A stretch of DNA of 64,000 nucleotides from positions 66,900,001 through 66,964,000 of the forward strand of contig NW_024704742.1 in the NCBI RefSeq assembly GCF_018977255.1. Direction: 5' to 3'. The DNA is from Callorhinchus milii. Its lineage: Eukaryota. A program made the position numbers and the translations under genes. The notes under the pieces are model-generated. The model made no database searches. It was not told where the DNA came from and saw only the letters and a program-made list of their open reading frames with translations. Numbering within the stretch: position 1 is the first letter of the stretch; every line of letters starts with the position of its first letter. Shown piece after piece: positions 1 to 13,271 of this stretch.

Positions 1-162
1 CCTTACCTATAGACCACACCCAGGAAAAAGGAGGTCAGACCAGGAGCTAGAGGGAGAATGGGGAGAAATTTTGACACTTGACCCTCTTTCCAGGCTCCTA
101 AGATTACTTGAACCAGTTAGTACAGCCACTGTCTTTTAGAAGAGTGGAGAAATCGTTCTTTT

Positions 163-915
163 ACAACAAAAACAACTTTATATAGCGCCCTCCACGCCAG
201 ACGGCGTCTTGAGCGCTTCACAGTAACGGATCCCGGGCCGAGCCAGGGGGAGGGGTCGGAAGGTGACCAAAGGCGCGGTCGAAAAGAAAGGTCTTCAGCA
301 GGGACCTGAAAATAGGAAGAGAGGGGGTGAGGTCAAGGGAGTGAGGAAGGGAATTCCAGAACCTCGGGACATAGTGGCTGAAGGCATGGCCGCCGAGGCT
401 GGAGCGGAGGAGTCGGGGGATGAGGAGGAGGCCAGACCCGGAGGAACGAAGGCAACAGGTACTGTTTTGAGGAGAGAGGAGGTCGAAGAGGTAGGGGGGT
501 GCAGAGGAGTGGAGAGATTTGAATACAAGGGTATTGAATCTTGATCTTGACGGATCTTGAAGTCGATCCTCTCGGGGATAGGCAGCCATTGCAGTCTGGC
601 GAGGACTGGGGTGATCTGGGAGCGAAGTTTGGTGCGGGTGAGAATGCAGGCGGCAGAGTTTCGAATGATCTGGATTTTATGGATAGGAGACCGGCAAGGA
701 GGGCGTTGGAATGGTCCAGCCGAGCGATGACGAAGGCATGGACTAGGGTTTCAGCGGCTTTTGGAGAGAGGTATTGGCCGAGACGGGCGATGCGTCGGAG
801 GTGGAAGAAGGCGGTTCTGGTGAGGGACCGGATGTGGGTGAGGAAGGATAATTGGGGGTCGAACCTGATGCCTAGGTTGCGTACGGGTTCGGAGTTTTAT
901 GGGGATGTCGGGTAG
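163..915 (-). mobile_element. L2 3' fragment
   Basis: Track ORF 218..589 (FKSLHSSAPPYLFDLL..FSHYVPRFWNSLP..LKTFLF); L2-type tail at 163-220. Confidence 0.9.
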
Positions 916-1604
916 GTGGAGGAGGTGAGAGCCATGAGATTCTTTGTGTGGAACTGCCTTTCTTCCGATCAGAGCATCTTCTGACAAGTTTACCAAGACC
1001 GTATGGATTCACCATATAGTGAATTAGTGCAATTTATTACCTGCTGTCGGGTACATCTACTATTTCAACAACTGTTGATGATTTGGAATTTTTACTAATT
1101 TTCCAGTGAGTATCAAAACATTAGTTCTTTGCCTCCAATTATTTTTTTCATGAACCATGTGTTTTACTGGAAGGAAACTACCACAGCAGTGTTTCAGTGC
1201 AATGCAGGAGAATGAATTTGTGTGCCTGCAATTCACTGCAGGGCTGGTTCCCATCTTAGTCACATTGCAATGGAGAAGTAATGAGCATGTGGAATTTGCT
1301 TCACCACAGAATGGAAGAATTAGATGGCATGCCTCCCAGGCTGTAGTCTCTCTCTTGCACCTGTTCACAGACTGATTTAAGCAGAGGTCTGGGAATGAGT
1401 TGACGCCTACCTGTATTCTTGGCAAGGCACCAACAGAAAGATGAGGGTAAATGGGATGATTGGGCTGGCAGGCAGAAGTGTGTAAACATGTTTACTTTTT
1501 TGTTTGCTCCACTATAAATAATGCGTTGAATATTACATTATTGGAAACTTTAAATGTTGGCGAGCTCGGTAAGCTGCATTTCCTGATCTGCAAGATTGTC
1601 ATAT

Positions 1605-1922
1605 TTATAGTGGTCAGAGCACTCGCCTCACAAGCGAGAGACCTGGGTTTGATTCCCGGGAAGACAAAATGTTGGCCAAGTTTGCTTACTCCTCATGCGT
1701 CTGTTTACCTAGCAGTAAGTAGGAACACGGTTGTTAGTTGATTGATGGATTGTTTTTCTGGGGTTAATAATTCCTTCAAAAAATAATAATAAATTGTTTA
1801 CTTCAATCCATGACTATTTGTGGGACACTGCTGTGTGCGATTGGCTGCTGTGTTTAACCCACAAAATATACAGTCAATTCACTTTACAGTACATTCTGTG
1901 AAGCCCTTTGAGATGTCTCAAA
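1605..1922 (+). mobile_element. tRNA-derived SINE, family A (Deu-like core, L2-type tail)
   Basis: A-box TAGTGGTCAGAGC, B-box GGTTTGATTCC, core GTGGGACACTGCTGTGTGCGATTGGCTGC; many homologous copies in the window. Confidence 0.88.
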
Positions 1923-2088
1923 GAAGTGAGCTTGTATCGACTCAACTGCCTGCAAGAGAAAAACAAGACTATTTTTGCATCTGTAAACTAAACAGGTTGC
2001 AGTAATATGACAATTAATCCAATTCATTTATGCTCAGAAATATTAGAATCATACAGAATGTTGTTCAAATACATTTGGTAACAAAACA

Positions 2089-3076
2089 TTGCTAACCCAC
2101 CTGACCGCTCGCTCCTGGTCCCCGCGTGCGCACTATGGCTGCTTCTCTGACCCGAGTCCCCTCATCCCCTCTCTCCCTCCCCCTCCTATCTCCCCCCAAA
2201 CCCTCCCCCCTCTGCATCTCTCCCTCTCTGTCCTCCTCTCTCTCTCCGTCCCCTCGCCTTCTATAACCACTTAACCCTCCCACAACCTCCCTCTGTTCCA
2301 GCCCAGGAATCCTCCGCCGGGCTCATCGTGGCACTCGGCGTTGGCTGTCCAGCAGCCACTGCCCCATTCCCCACCATACTCGCCAGCCACCCCGGACACA
2401 GACCCGGGGAGCCAACCTCTCCTCCCTCATTCCCATCCCCCCCGGGACTACAGGAACTCTCTCCTCATCGGCCTTGCCGGCACCTCCCTCCACAAGCTGT
2501 AGGTCATTCAGAACTCTGCAGCTCATGTACTGTCCCGCACCAGGCTTCACAACCACATCACTCCCACCCTCGCTCGCCTCCACTGGCTCCCCATCCCCCA
2601 GAGGATCGAATTCAAGATCCTCATCCTCACCTACACGGCCATTCACGGCCTCGCTCCCTCCTACCTCTCCGACCTACTATCCCCCTACCTACCTGCCCGT
2701 ACCCTCCGTTCCTCTGGCTCCGATCTGCTCCACATCTCCCGCCCCAACCGCCCTACCATCGGTGGTCGGGCCTTCAGCCTCTCAGCCCCGAGGCTCTGGA
2801 ACTCCATCCCCCAGTGCCTTCGCCGCTTCCTCCCTTTCCTCCTTCAAAGCCGGTCTCAAGACGTTTCTCTTCAACCGAGCCTTCAGCTCCCCTCTTGACT
2901 CTCTACCCCCTCCTCGCTCCCTCCCTTCCCTCACCCTGACCATTTCCCCCTCCTCGCTCCCTCCCTTCCCTCACCCTGACCATTTCCCCCCTGCTCGGGT
3001 CCCGACCCAACTGTCCAGCGCCTTGGGGTGTCCTCCCGACGTGAAAGGCGTTCTATAATTGCAATCTTGTTGTTGT
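2089..3076 (+). mobile_element. Internally deleted L2: 5' region fused to the post-RT C-terminus and tail
   Basis: 2445-3076 is closely similar to 46037-46668. 2089-2445 encodes GILRRAHRGTRR and GANLSSLIPIP, typical of the pre-endonuclease part of L2 ORF2. Confidence 0.8.
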
Positions 3077-3426
3077 ATTATATTTTCTTTTGCTCAATTT
3101 GGAAACTACATTCTGTATGTTTAATACTGTGCTGACTAACATTTTAATTGTACTTGCTGCAAAAATTAGCAAAATAGTTTCAAGATTTCCATGCTTGACA
3201 AAACAAACAGGCCCCAAAACTCCATTTTTTTGCAGATAAAAAACAGACTAAACAGTCCTTAAATGATGGGCAAGACTGGGGGAGTTTCCTCTTTATTTGT
3301 ATTGTATTCTTTGAATAACTAGGGTTTAGCTCCTCGTCTCTCAGACAGCGACTCCAAAAATATAGCACTCGCTGGAATGTCAGCTAAAGTTCTGTTGTGG
3401 ATTCGAATAAAAAAACCTCCAGCATA

Positions 3427-3975
3427 TAATAAAACTCACACACATCATATCTGGCAGGAACATGACATTTAATATGATTTACATAAAGTTCGAGTTGCAC
3501 GTAAACTTGTGCAAGTCATATAAGATCCCATTTAATCAATAATCTACATTGCCATATGTAATTCAATGCAGCCAGTAAGTGCACATGCGTGGACTAGTCA
3601 AGATTACATTTCCCGCGATTCAATGCGATTTGATCCATTGCCGTATGCGCACTTATCGGCAAGCATTGGCATCGCGGGAATTTAAGTTCTTCTGCATATG
3701 CGTCGACAGATCAAGACTATGTTTCCTGCAATTCAATGCAGCCAGTCGCTAAGTGCTGCAACCAGTCAGGATGTCACTAGCCTCTATTCAATGCAGCCAG
3801 TAAGTGCGGGTGAAATGGAGGATAGGGGAGCAGGTTTACAAATTAGGATATGATTAATAAGACTAGTGCAAAGAAATCTAAATGGATTTGATAGGAAACT
3901 GAATGGACTCAGGTGCATGTACGACTTAAGACGATTAGATTATTTATAAGTATAAAACTTATGCAAATGTTACTG
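3427..3975 (+). mobile_element. Tigger/pogo-like MITE, long copy with internal repeats
   Basis: TA-flanked degenerate TIRs (TAATAAAACTCAC.. / ..CTTATGCAAATGTTACTG); homologous to copies at 12096, 53615 and 58689. Confidence 0.7.
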
Positions 3976-6900
3976 TATAAACTTCATATAGATTAGCCAG
4001 ATAACTATAGACCAGTTTATCTGACAAATTGTAGTCAATTGCTTCAATCTAGTGAATTAGTGTTAATTCACAAATTAACACTAATTATACACTCCAAAAC
4101 GACTCTGCATGAAGGGCACTATATAAATGCAAGTTGTTGTTGAAATGAACACTTGAAAATATATGGACCACTCAATTGTGACCACTCAAAAAGTATTTGT
4201 TAAAGGGCAGGTTGTGCTTAAATAATCAGTAAATGATTCTGATTCTACAACCTATGTATCAAATCTTAATAAAATATGCAGAAATACACAAATCCCTATA
4301 GAGTCGTAATAACTTATGAAGTAGGCTAGTTGTCAACATCATCTTGTGCCTGTAAAGGCCAAAGTCGCAGGGAGGGAAAATAAAGTAAAATTTAAAACAT
4401 ATCGAGCAAGGTAGAAAAAAGTGTTTTTATTAAAAAAAACTTCCTATTGAAATTAACCTTCCAATTAACTTTCAACTTCTTCCAAATCATTCATATCTGT
4501 TTTCTTACTTCAGTGCCTGTGCAATAAAAAAATATTTCCTTGTCCCAACAATGACGCAACCTAAAGTGATACATCACTGTATCACTTGGCGCTGCAAAAA
4601 CACACTGAATCCTTCACTCCAAGAATTAAACGCGCTGCTTCAATCCTCTGTAAATGTTTATTTTATCTGACATTTAATTCTTAAAGTAACATTCTAATAA
4701 TTAGAATGTTAATGACATTTCATTAACATTATAATTATTGTTATAATTATAATTAATTGGCACTTCCAAGAGAGAGGAGACTTCCCGAACATTCCAAGAA
4801 AGAATCCGAGAAACAGTCAATTAATTTAAATGTTAATCCTTAAACTGCAAATATAATTAACACAAAAGCTTTTTTGGGTACTCTGAAAATCAAATTGTAT
4901 GAGAATTTTCTAAAGTACTATATTACACAAATTATAAATTGAAGATACATAGATCATATGTAATGAGAATGCAGGCATTACTCCTCATAATTTATGTATT
5001 GAATGCTCATTGATCCATTTTCAGTGCATGTTTTACACTAACAAAATCATTTCACCTTTTCTCCATACCATGTTAGTACCCGTGGGTACCAGTTCAAAGT
5101 TATACCTTTGTTTATACAATAGAAGTTAGCTGTTTTAAAAAGTTAAAAGCCAATTTGCGGAAAGCCATTTTGAGCATATAACAGAAAAAGGGGACTGCTC
5201 TTAAGCCAAACCTGAGCAAAAATTTCAGCTGCCCACCATATATTATATTCAGTAAGATGATCTTCAGAACAAAATAATTTATATATAAAGCACTTTTCAC
5301 GTCAAAACGACATCTCAAAATGCTTAACACAACTGACTGTGAGCCCAAGCTGGTGGTGGTGGGGGAGGGATGGGGAGGATAGCCAAAAGTACTGTCAAGG
5401 AGATAGGTCTCATGGTCGGGAGGTGAAAGGAGAGAGGGAGAGGACAATGAATGGAAGTTGTATGGAACGGGTAGACATTTATCTCTAAGCAGGCAGACAT
5501 CTGGGAAGTACAGGCAAAGAACTGCAAAATCAGCCATGGAGAATCTAAAGGATTCGTCCAGAATAGCAAATACAAGTGCTTTTTAGAGTATTCACGTGAA
5601 AAACACACCCTAGACATATTTAAAAGGTTTACTGCAAGATGGCTTGGTTATTGTGCCAGAATTTTGTAGCCAAATCTCAGCTTCCTCCATCCCACCCATC
5701 ATTAAACAATTTCAAAAGCATGTACATGTGGAGGAGGAGGTGTATATGATACTCATGCATAAAGAGGGTAGGTCTTTTTAACAGATAAGTATATGCAGAT
5801 GACCGTAGCAAGAATCTCAACTGTGGAAAAAACTCAGTGAAAATGTAATAAAGTGTTTTTTTGAATAAAAGGATCAGAAGTAATCCTTACAGAAAGCACA
5901 TGTATCTTATTCTGACATACATACCTCACCACTAATTTCATATTTCTCAGTTAAATATCCAACCTAGCAATTCAAAGCAAAGACATAGCTATATGGTTGC
6001 AAATTACAACCCAACTTGTATATTCCCCATAATCACACAACAGAGTATTGATAGCTTTATCATCCAAGTCTGTTGTCAAATATTTTTCTTTCTTCTAAAG
6101 AACTAATTTTGTTTTGATAAAAACTAATCCCAAAGAGGGTGATTAACAGTCACCTCCTGCAGATTACAGTGTGCCCAACTGCAATTTCATCTGCTTTGAC
6201 TGGATAATGCAAAGATAGATCACCCTGAGGATCACCTTTTTAGATTATTTGTCTGAATGTAAACCAATATTATGTTTAAACAGACAATGCATTTTAAATA
6301 TTTTTAAATGCAGAACTTTTCCCAGCATGTCTGTATCACAAAGTTCTGCTTTAAATATCAAATGCAAACTGGTGAAGTATTAGAGCAAGAACTTATCTGA
6401 ATAACATATTCACTCAGTTTTCATTTTGTTAATTCAATCAAAGGAAAAGCACCAGTTTTAATGCAGCAGGGAAGCAATAATAATCCATGCATTTGATACA
6501 GTGCTTTATCACATCATTAAGACATCTCAAAGAGCTTCACAGAATATACTGTAAAGTGAATTGACTGTATATTTTGTGGAGAAAACAATAAATTGCTGAA
6601 ATTAGCTTGTCGCCAAGTATAAGCAATGCCTTTGTTTAAGGTCTCATTTTGAAAAAAACACAGCAATTTTACTTTGTACAAATCCTATTTACAGGCTTCA
6701 TAAGATTTCAAAATAAAAACACTTCAAATAAAAATAATTTGTCAAAGCTAAAGCCAAACACTTTCAGTTACTTGTTAGGGTCATTAAAGGTTAGAACATC
6801 ACTATATAATTCAGACCAAAGTTAGCACTCGGAAATGTGGCATTTCTCTTTCTATAAACCTACTACAGAAATGCACAGCTGCTGAATTCAAAATTGTACC

Positions 6901-8021
6901 CAGTTATGGATTCTGAGTTTCTCTAAACTCTTGACCAACAGTCCTCTAGATAAAATTGGTCCTTCACTCAGGGCTGTTTGTGAGACATTACTGTGTGCAA
7001 ATCTGCTGCCAAATTCACCTACAAATACAATCACGACACTTTACAATAATTCCCTGTGAAACACTTGGCAGAGATGTTTCAAAATTATGGAAGGATTGCA
7101 AGGATTTACTATGGTTCATTAGAAAATGTACTGTATAATGTGATACAAAAATATATATTATATAGTACTTATCACACCTGGAGGACATTGTTGGAGATGG
7201 CAACATCCCAGTCGTCTGTCCACAGGTGGATGCAAAGATCCTATTATATTATTTAGAGGTATTTTTGCCTGGGGTGGGGGGTTAATCAATAATGCTCTGG
7301 GTAAAATTGTTCATTCACCTGGTGACTGTTGGTGAGACTGAAGCTGAAAGTGATTCAGTGAAGAAAGATGAATATATATTTCCCATATTTCCCAAATACT
7401 TGTTAAAAGAACCCAAGGGGAAGTGAGAAGAATTTTTTTCACACAGCAAGTTTCTGAAATGCATTGCCTGAAAGGGTAGTGGAAGCCGATTTGCATGCAT
7501 AGTGCTCCTCTAACCACTGCGAGTAGTTTTTAAAAACTGTTGAAGAGCTGGTTGAGTGACTGATTCTGTAACATTGAAAACTGTCCTTAAAAGTTCTTGA
7601 GCAGCCTAAAAGCTTTATTGAGTAGACCTGAATTGATTTACACCATGCTGGTGTGAATCGATGCCTTGGACAAACACACGCCCCTTCACAGTTGACAACT
7701 GGATTCCAGCCTAAATCACTGTGAAAGGCATGTCTTGGTTCCAAGTTATTTTTAAAACTGTTTTCTTTCAGGGATTTGCTGCCATTTTCTTCTCATAAAA
7801 GGTGCAGTATAAACTGTGTCAGACCAAAAAAACTTGTTTGTGTTTTATCATTTAGCAAAGTTTGATTTTGCATTTGTTATATTTTCAAATAAAATACTAA
7901 CTTTACAGTAATATAAATGCAGGAACAAAACATTTCCTAAACTCACTTTCAGACCATTATTCATAAAAGGAACATCTTAAAAGGTTTCACGATGCAAACT
8001 CTCATAGATACAAATAACTTT

Positions 8022-8515
8022 ACAACAACAAAATTACATTTGCATAGTGCCTTTCGTGTCAGGAGGACGTCCCAAGTTGCTGGACTATCAGTATTTCGGA
8101 CCCGAGCTGGGGGTCCGGATCAGGGAGGGTGGAAGGCAGAGGGTGAAGGAAGGCATGGTTGAAGAGGAGGGTCTTCAGACGGGTCTTGAAGGAGGCAAGG
8201 GAAGGGTCGAGGCGGAGTGACTACAGGATGGAGTTCCAGAGGGTGGGGGCAGAGTGGCAGAAAGCCTGCCAATGATAGGGCAGGCGAAGCAGGGGGTGTG
8301 AAGCAGGAGCCCCCTGAGTGGAGAAAGTGGGCAGGGATTTAGTAGGTCGCAGATTTGGAGGGGAGCGAGGCCATGGAGGGCTTTCAAGGTGAGGAGCAGG
8401 ATCTTGAACTGTAGCCTTTGTGTGATGGGAAGCCAGTGGAGTCAAGCGAGGATGGGGGTAATAGGATCACGGAGTCTGGTGCAGGAGGACACGGGCTGCA
8501 GAGTTTTAGATGATC
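8022..8515 (-). mobile_element. L2 3' fragment
   Basis: KALHGLAP and APTLWNSI motifs plus L2 tail. Confidence 0.88.
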
Positions 8516-8685
8516 AACTTTATACAGCAGTTAAGTGAAGTTTAATGTGCTGTAGTACAAGATACATTTAAATAGAGGATTTTTTTTTAGGGGAAGAGGC
8601 TACCTAACCATCTAATTAGCTAGCTAGTTAAGTAACTGTAATTCCTTATTTCCCCTCCATCTTTTCCTGCAACCAAGTTATTAAT

Positions 8686-9042
8686 AATAGTAATAATGAT
8701 CCTTCCATTTGATATTGCGCCTTATCACATTATCAAGACATCTCAAAAGCCTTCACCGAATATACCGTAACATGAATTGAATGTATATTTGGTGGTTAAA
8801 ACGCAGCAGCCTGTGTCCCACAAACAGTCGTGGGTTGAGTGACCACATTTCTTTTTAAAGGGATTATCATCCACAGAAAGCGATCCGCCAATCGATTAAC
8901 AACCGTGTTCCTGCTTACTGCTAGGTTAACAGACATGTGTGGAGTAAGAAAACTAGCCTAAGGTTTTATCCAGCCAAGGAATCGAACTTGGGTCTACTCG
9001 CTTACAAGGCAAGTGTTCTAACCACTACGGAACAGCACTCCA
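8686..9042 (-). mobile_element. SINE family A, full length
   Basis: Reverse complement of the 1605-1922 type, with an (ATT)n tail. Confidence 0.88.
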
Positions 9043-12000
9043 CAGGAAATCACTCTAATTTGTAATCTGAAAGTCTCTATATTGATACTTTGAAGTTCAG
9101 GCAGCTATTTGCAAATGTGTGAGTCTTGACAATGATCCTGTCCACACTGCACATCTTCCTGCAGGAGTCACGAGATAGCAATCAGGAGTGGAAAGTCGAA
9201 GGGCGTTGTGGCCAGTCGAACCATTGCTACTTGCTGCCACAGCTGAGATAAGTTAACTCTACACAGGAAAAGGCAAATTCAAGTCTGTTTTAAAAAAAAG
9301 TTCAATGATTTATTCGCAAGATGAATAATCTGTCCAATAACCTAAACTAAGTGCAGCTGTGCTGCTGAAATATCCAGCTGGCAACACTGAATTTATATAA
9401 GCAGAGGAATTTTCCTTCTGAGTCCTGTGAACAGGTTTTCCCCCAAAACATAGTTGGAATACCTACAATACCAATACAAGACAGTTGGGCCCAATGCTTC
9501 ATAGACGTCCTCCTGACACGAAAGGCAGTATTAATATTTTCACAAAGCTGCAAATTAGATGCAGTTTTACTGTAGCTTGCACCACAAGGGAGAGAAGTTC
9601 ATCACATATGCAAATCAAACAAGAACAATGCACGAGTTAGCAGCTTCCTGCACCGTTGGCAAATTTTCTGTCACTTTACTATTGACTCTGATCCCATTCT
9701 CCTGCTCCCTATCCACATCCTTTAATATTCTTCTTTTTCAATATCTCATTTCCGATTTAAAATATTGATGAATTCTTGCCTTAACTACAATTTGTGGTAG
9801 ATTTCCAAATTCTAACCAACTCTCTATCCAAAGGTTTATTTTTCTGACCTCCTATTGACTAGGCTCTGTGGTTATCTTAAATTTGTCTCCTCTTATTACT
9901 GGCTCCCCACTGGTGGAAGGAATCTAATACTTTTTTGGTCAAAGCAGAATTTAATTTTGACATTAAATTGTCATGTAGTTCTTCAACTTCAAGCCAATTA
10001 TGAACAATAACATACTTACTAAGTGATTTTTTACAGAGTGAGCTAAATGACTAATATTTCATCAGAATTCCTGTTGTACAGAAAGATGTTTTTTTTTAAA
10101 AAGGTAACATTTGTATTTTATTACCCCACCCCCCCAATTGTGCTAGAGCGATCCAAGAATATTGTTTGATGATTACAAAATGATTTCTGCCTGCTGAAGG
10201 CTGGTAATTTCCAACCAGGGAGATATAAGAAACTAAGAGTAAAGAGGATATTACAAAATACTAATGCCAGGTCAGAAGATGTTGTATATTTGCCTAAGAA
10301 ATGATTTACGTTGCAAAGAAATAAACACAAACATACACAAAAAAAATGAGGAATGATACTTTGGTGCACTATCACTCACGGGTTGCATTTTGAAACAGAC
10401 AGAACAAAAAATCTATGTGGATCAAAATTGTGATTAATGAGTGGCCAATGCAAAAACTGCCATTACCACCACCTAAACTGACAGTACTTGTTTCACCAAA
10501 ATTCCAATCTGACAGAAAAAAATACAGGAAATATTCAAAATAGCTGAAGCATACAACAATGAATTAATCTTTAGAATCCAGTGGACAGGTTAGCCCATTT
10601 AGTGCACTCAAGTTGTCAATACCATGGATGAGATATATTAATGTTAACCTGGTCATATCTATGAAGCATGAAAAGGATAGAAGGAAGTCAGACTGATCAG
10701 AAATAAATGTTTAAGTTACAAAAATAATGTTTTAAGTGTGTATGATTAATATTACAGTAATGAAGGTACTCTTGTAAGGCAACAATTTTAATGTTATAGC
10801 TTGCAGGATGAAGTTTTGGAAAATGGCATTCCCTGACGCTGCTGTCAGCCTATGGATTAAGGTGTACCTGTTTAGAAAATATCTATTTTAGGTACAAAAA
10901 GTTTGTATTTCTTCAGAACAGGCAATTTAATGCTTGTTAATATACAAATATCAGAATTTTGTAAAAAATGATTAGACTGCATCTGTAATCCATTGCATTT
11001 AGCACTCTACTACGTATAGCAACGATAACACTAACAATTTCCATTTACTTAACACCCTCGACTCGCTTAGGGTCTTGGAGCACTCAAGTGGAACAAATTG
11101 CACAATCATAATAATCACAAATCAATTAAAAAATGCAATCATAATAAGGACCTGTGCATTTCATTGTTTTTATTTAAAACAAGTTTATGTTTCAGGTGAG
11201 TCACAGAATCAGGATCTTTTTCAAACCGCTTGATCTAATAATTAGATTCTGATTAACATTAACCTTTTAATTCTGCACAAATTCAGGATACGAATGTCCT
11301 GGGGACAACTCTCTACTCATCTGGGAATGCACTAAACTTGATCTGGGAATGAGTTTTATTCCCTGCTAGTTGATAAATCCGAGTCATCAGTTTGCCATTG
11401 ATATAATTTCTGGCACTGAATGATTGGATAGTATGTGCTTAGCATTTTCCCATTTTAGGTACACACCACCAAGCTCTAAATTTACTATCCAGGGCAGAAT
11501 AGTTCACATTCACCCACCATAGTAAGTACATTTATCACATGGATAATCTCATCCAACATAATAATAATAATCCTTGCATTTGATATAGTACCTTGTCACG
11601 TGATAAGAACATCCCAAAGCGCTTCACAGGATTTACTGTGAAATGGAGTAACTGTGTATTTGCAGGCAAGCATGTTTAAAAAGGATTACCAACAAATACA
11701 CTGGTATTACAACGTGGTGTTTTGGGTCCATAAAATTGAACCGTGCATTACAATTGAAATAAAAAAAAGGATTCAGATCCCACTTCCGAGTCATCAGGTC
11801 ACTATTGATATGACTTTTGACGGTAACTGGCAAGATTCGTGCACATGCCTGTTAGGAGTGAAAGCATACCACCTCTGGTCCACTACCCACACTATAACAA
11901 GTCACATTATAATGGGGTCGGACTAGCATTATTGTAAAAAGAAAGTACTGGTGTCATTTTTGGGTGCATTTACTTGGAAGCATTACTGAGCCTTGCAGCA

Positions 12001-12095
12001 TAAGGAAGCTGCATCAAAAGGCTTTATTCCAAAGAATGGCATAACAAGCATTGCTTCAACTGAAACGATTAAAAAATTCACAGAACATAACAATT

Positions 12096-12559
12096 TAGTG
12101 AAACTCACAGAAGTCTTAATCAGTCGGGAGTATAACATTTAATATGACTTGCACAAAGTATGAATTACAAGCAAACTTGTCATATAAGTCATATAAAATC
12201 CAATTTAATCATTAATCTATTATATAATTACAACATTTGATAAAGCGCTTTATCACGTCTTCGAGACGTCTCAAAGTGCTTCACAGAATATACTGCAAAG
12301 TGAATTGACTGTATATTTTGTGGGTGAAATCTCCACTGTGCATGCATACTTCCATGCAGTGGTAAGTGCGCATGCGTCCACATGTCAGACTATTTCCCGC
12401 GATTCAATGCAACTGGTAGCATTACGAATTAGGAGACAATTTGCTTTATAAAATACAATTCGTGCAAAAAAATCTTAGGTAGGAAACTGAATGGGACTCT
12501 GGTGCATACGACAGGCGATAATACGATTTATAAAGATAAGACTTGAGCAAGTTTTATTA
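12096..12559 (+). mobile_element. Same MITE family, interrupted by a SINE tail (about 12222-12330)
   Basis: Shares ACATTTAATATGA, TTTCCCGCGATTCAATGC and TAGGAAACTGAATGG with the 3427-3975 copy. Confidence 0.7.
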
Positions 12560-13088
12560 AATTAATTAGGTTGTCTCTGCTACTTGAGATTTTCAAGTCA
12601 AAGCCCAAGAAGATACGATTGTCCCAGCAGGACAAGTAGCACAACGTTTGCCAGTCAGCAAACACACATTCTGCAGTCCCAAAGCTTTGACTCTCGCCAA
12701 CCTGTGCAGATACTCTCCAGGGTTAGGTGAGCAGGATGCGTCCCACCAAGGAGTGTGCATCTCAAAGGAATCGGAAAGGCAGGCACTAGTAACTGCTCTC
12801 ACCAGTGAATAGTTTTCCAGTTATTGTGATATGAAGATTACCTCAAAGTGAACCCGGATATATTTACTGTCTACAACAAGTAACTAATGGCAGATTTGGT
12901 GAATAATAATCAGTGAAACAAACTAAAACAAAACAAAGATAAGCAAAAGTATTTTTAAAAAGTTAACATGCAGTACTTACATTACAAAGCATTTAATATT
13001 ATAAATTAAGACTGACAATATTGTGAAACAGATTGTTCCAGGTCATTTGATGTTTGTTACGAACCATAACATAGAACATGTATTGTAC

Positions 13089-13271
13089 CTTTCTCTTTAA
13101 GGCGCTGAGTTTCTCCACCACTCCATCCAGCAAGGTCACTACAGAATCCACAGCTGGGCAGTTGCTCAAGGTTTTCTCTAGTTCTGCAACTACCATGGTC
13201 ACATGACTTGTTTCTCGGTCAATATTTTTCTGAGCGGCTCGAAAGCGCTTGTTCAAAGTTTCATAAGGTAC
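13089..13271 (-). CDS. MAEA: MAEA coding exon 2, [61 protein letters not shown]
   Basis: Acceptor tttgtag|GTACCT and donor AAG|gtacaa; 183 nt, phase 0/0, in frame with exon 1. Overlaps track ORF 12999..13256. Confidence 0.97.

Noticed and set aside
1608..1660. tRNA genes at A/B-box sequences (also 41115-41179, 61092-61155 and others)
   Set aside because: They are SINE heads continuous with SINE bodies, and no complete cloverleaf is evident.
1..13088. MAEA exon 3 (AVESIQAEDESAK..)
   Set aside because: Not found by eye; the GAATCCATA look-alike near 1001-1012 runs into a stop. The exon is probably outside the window.
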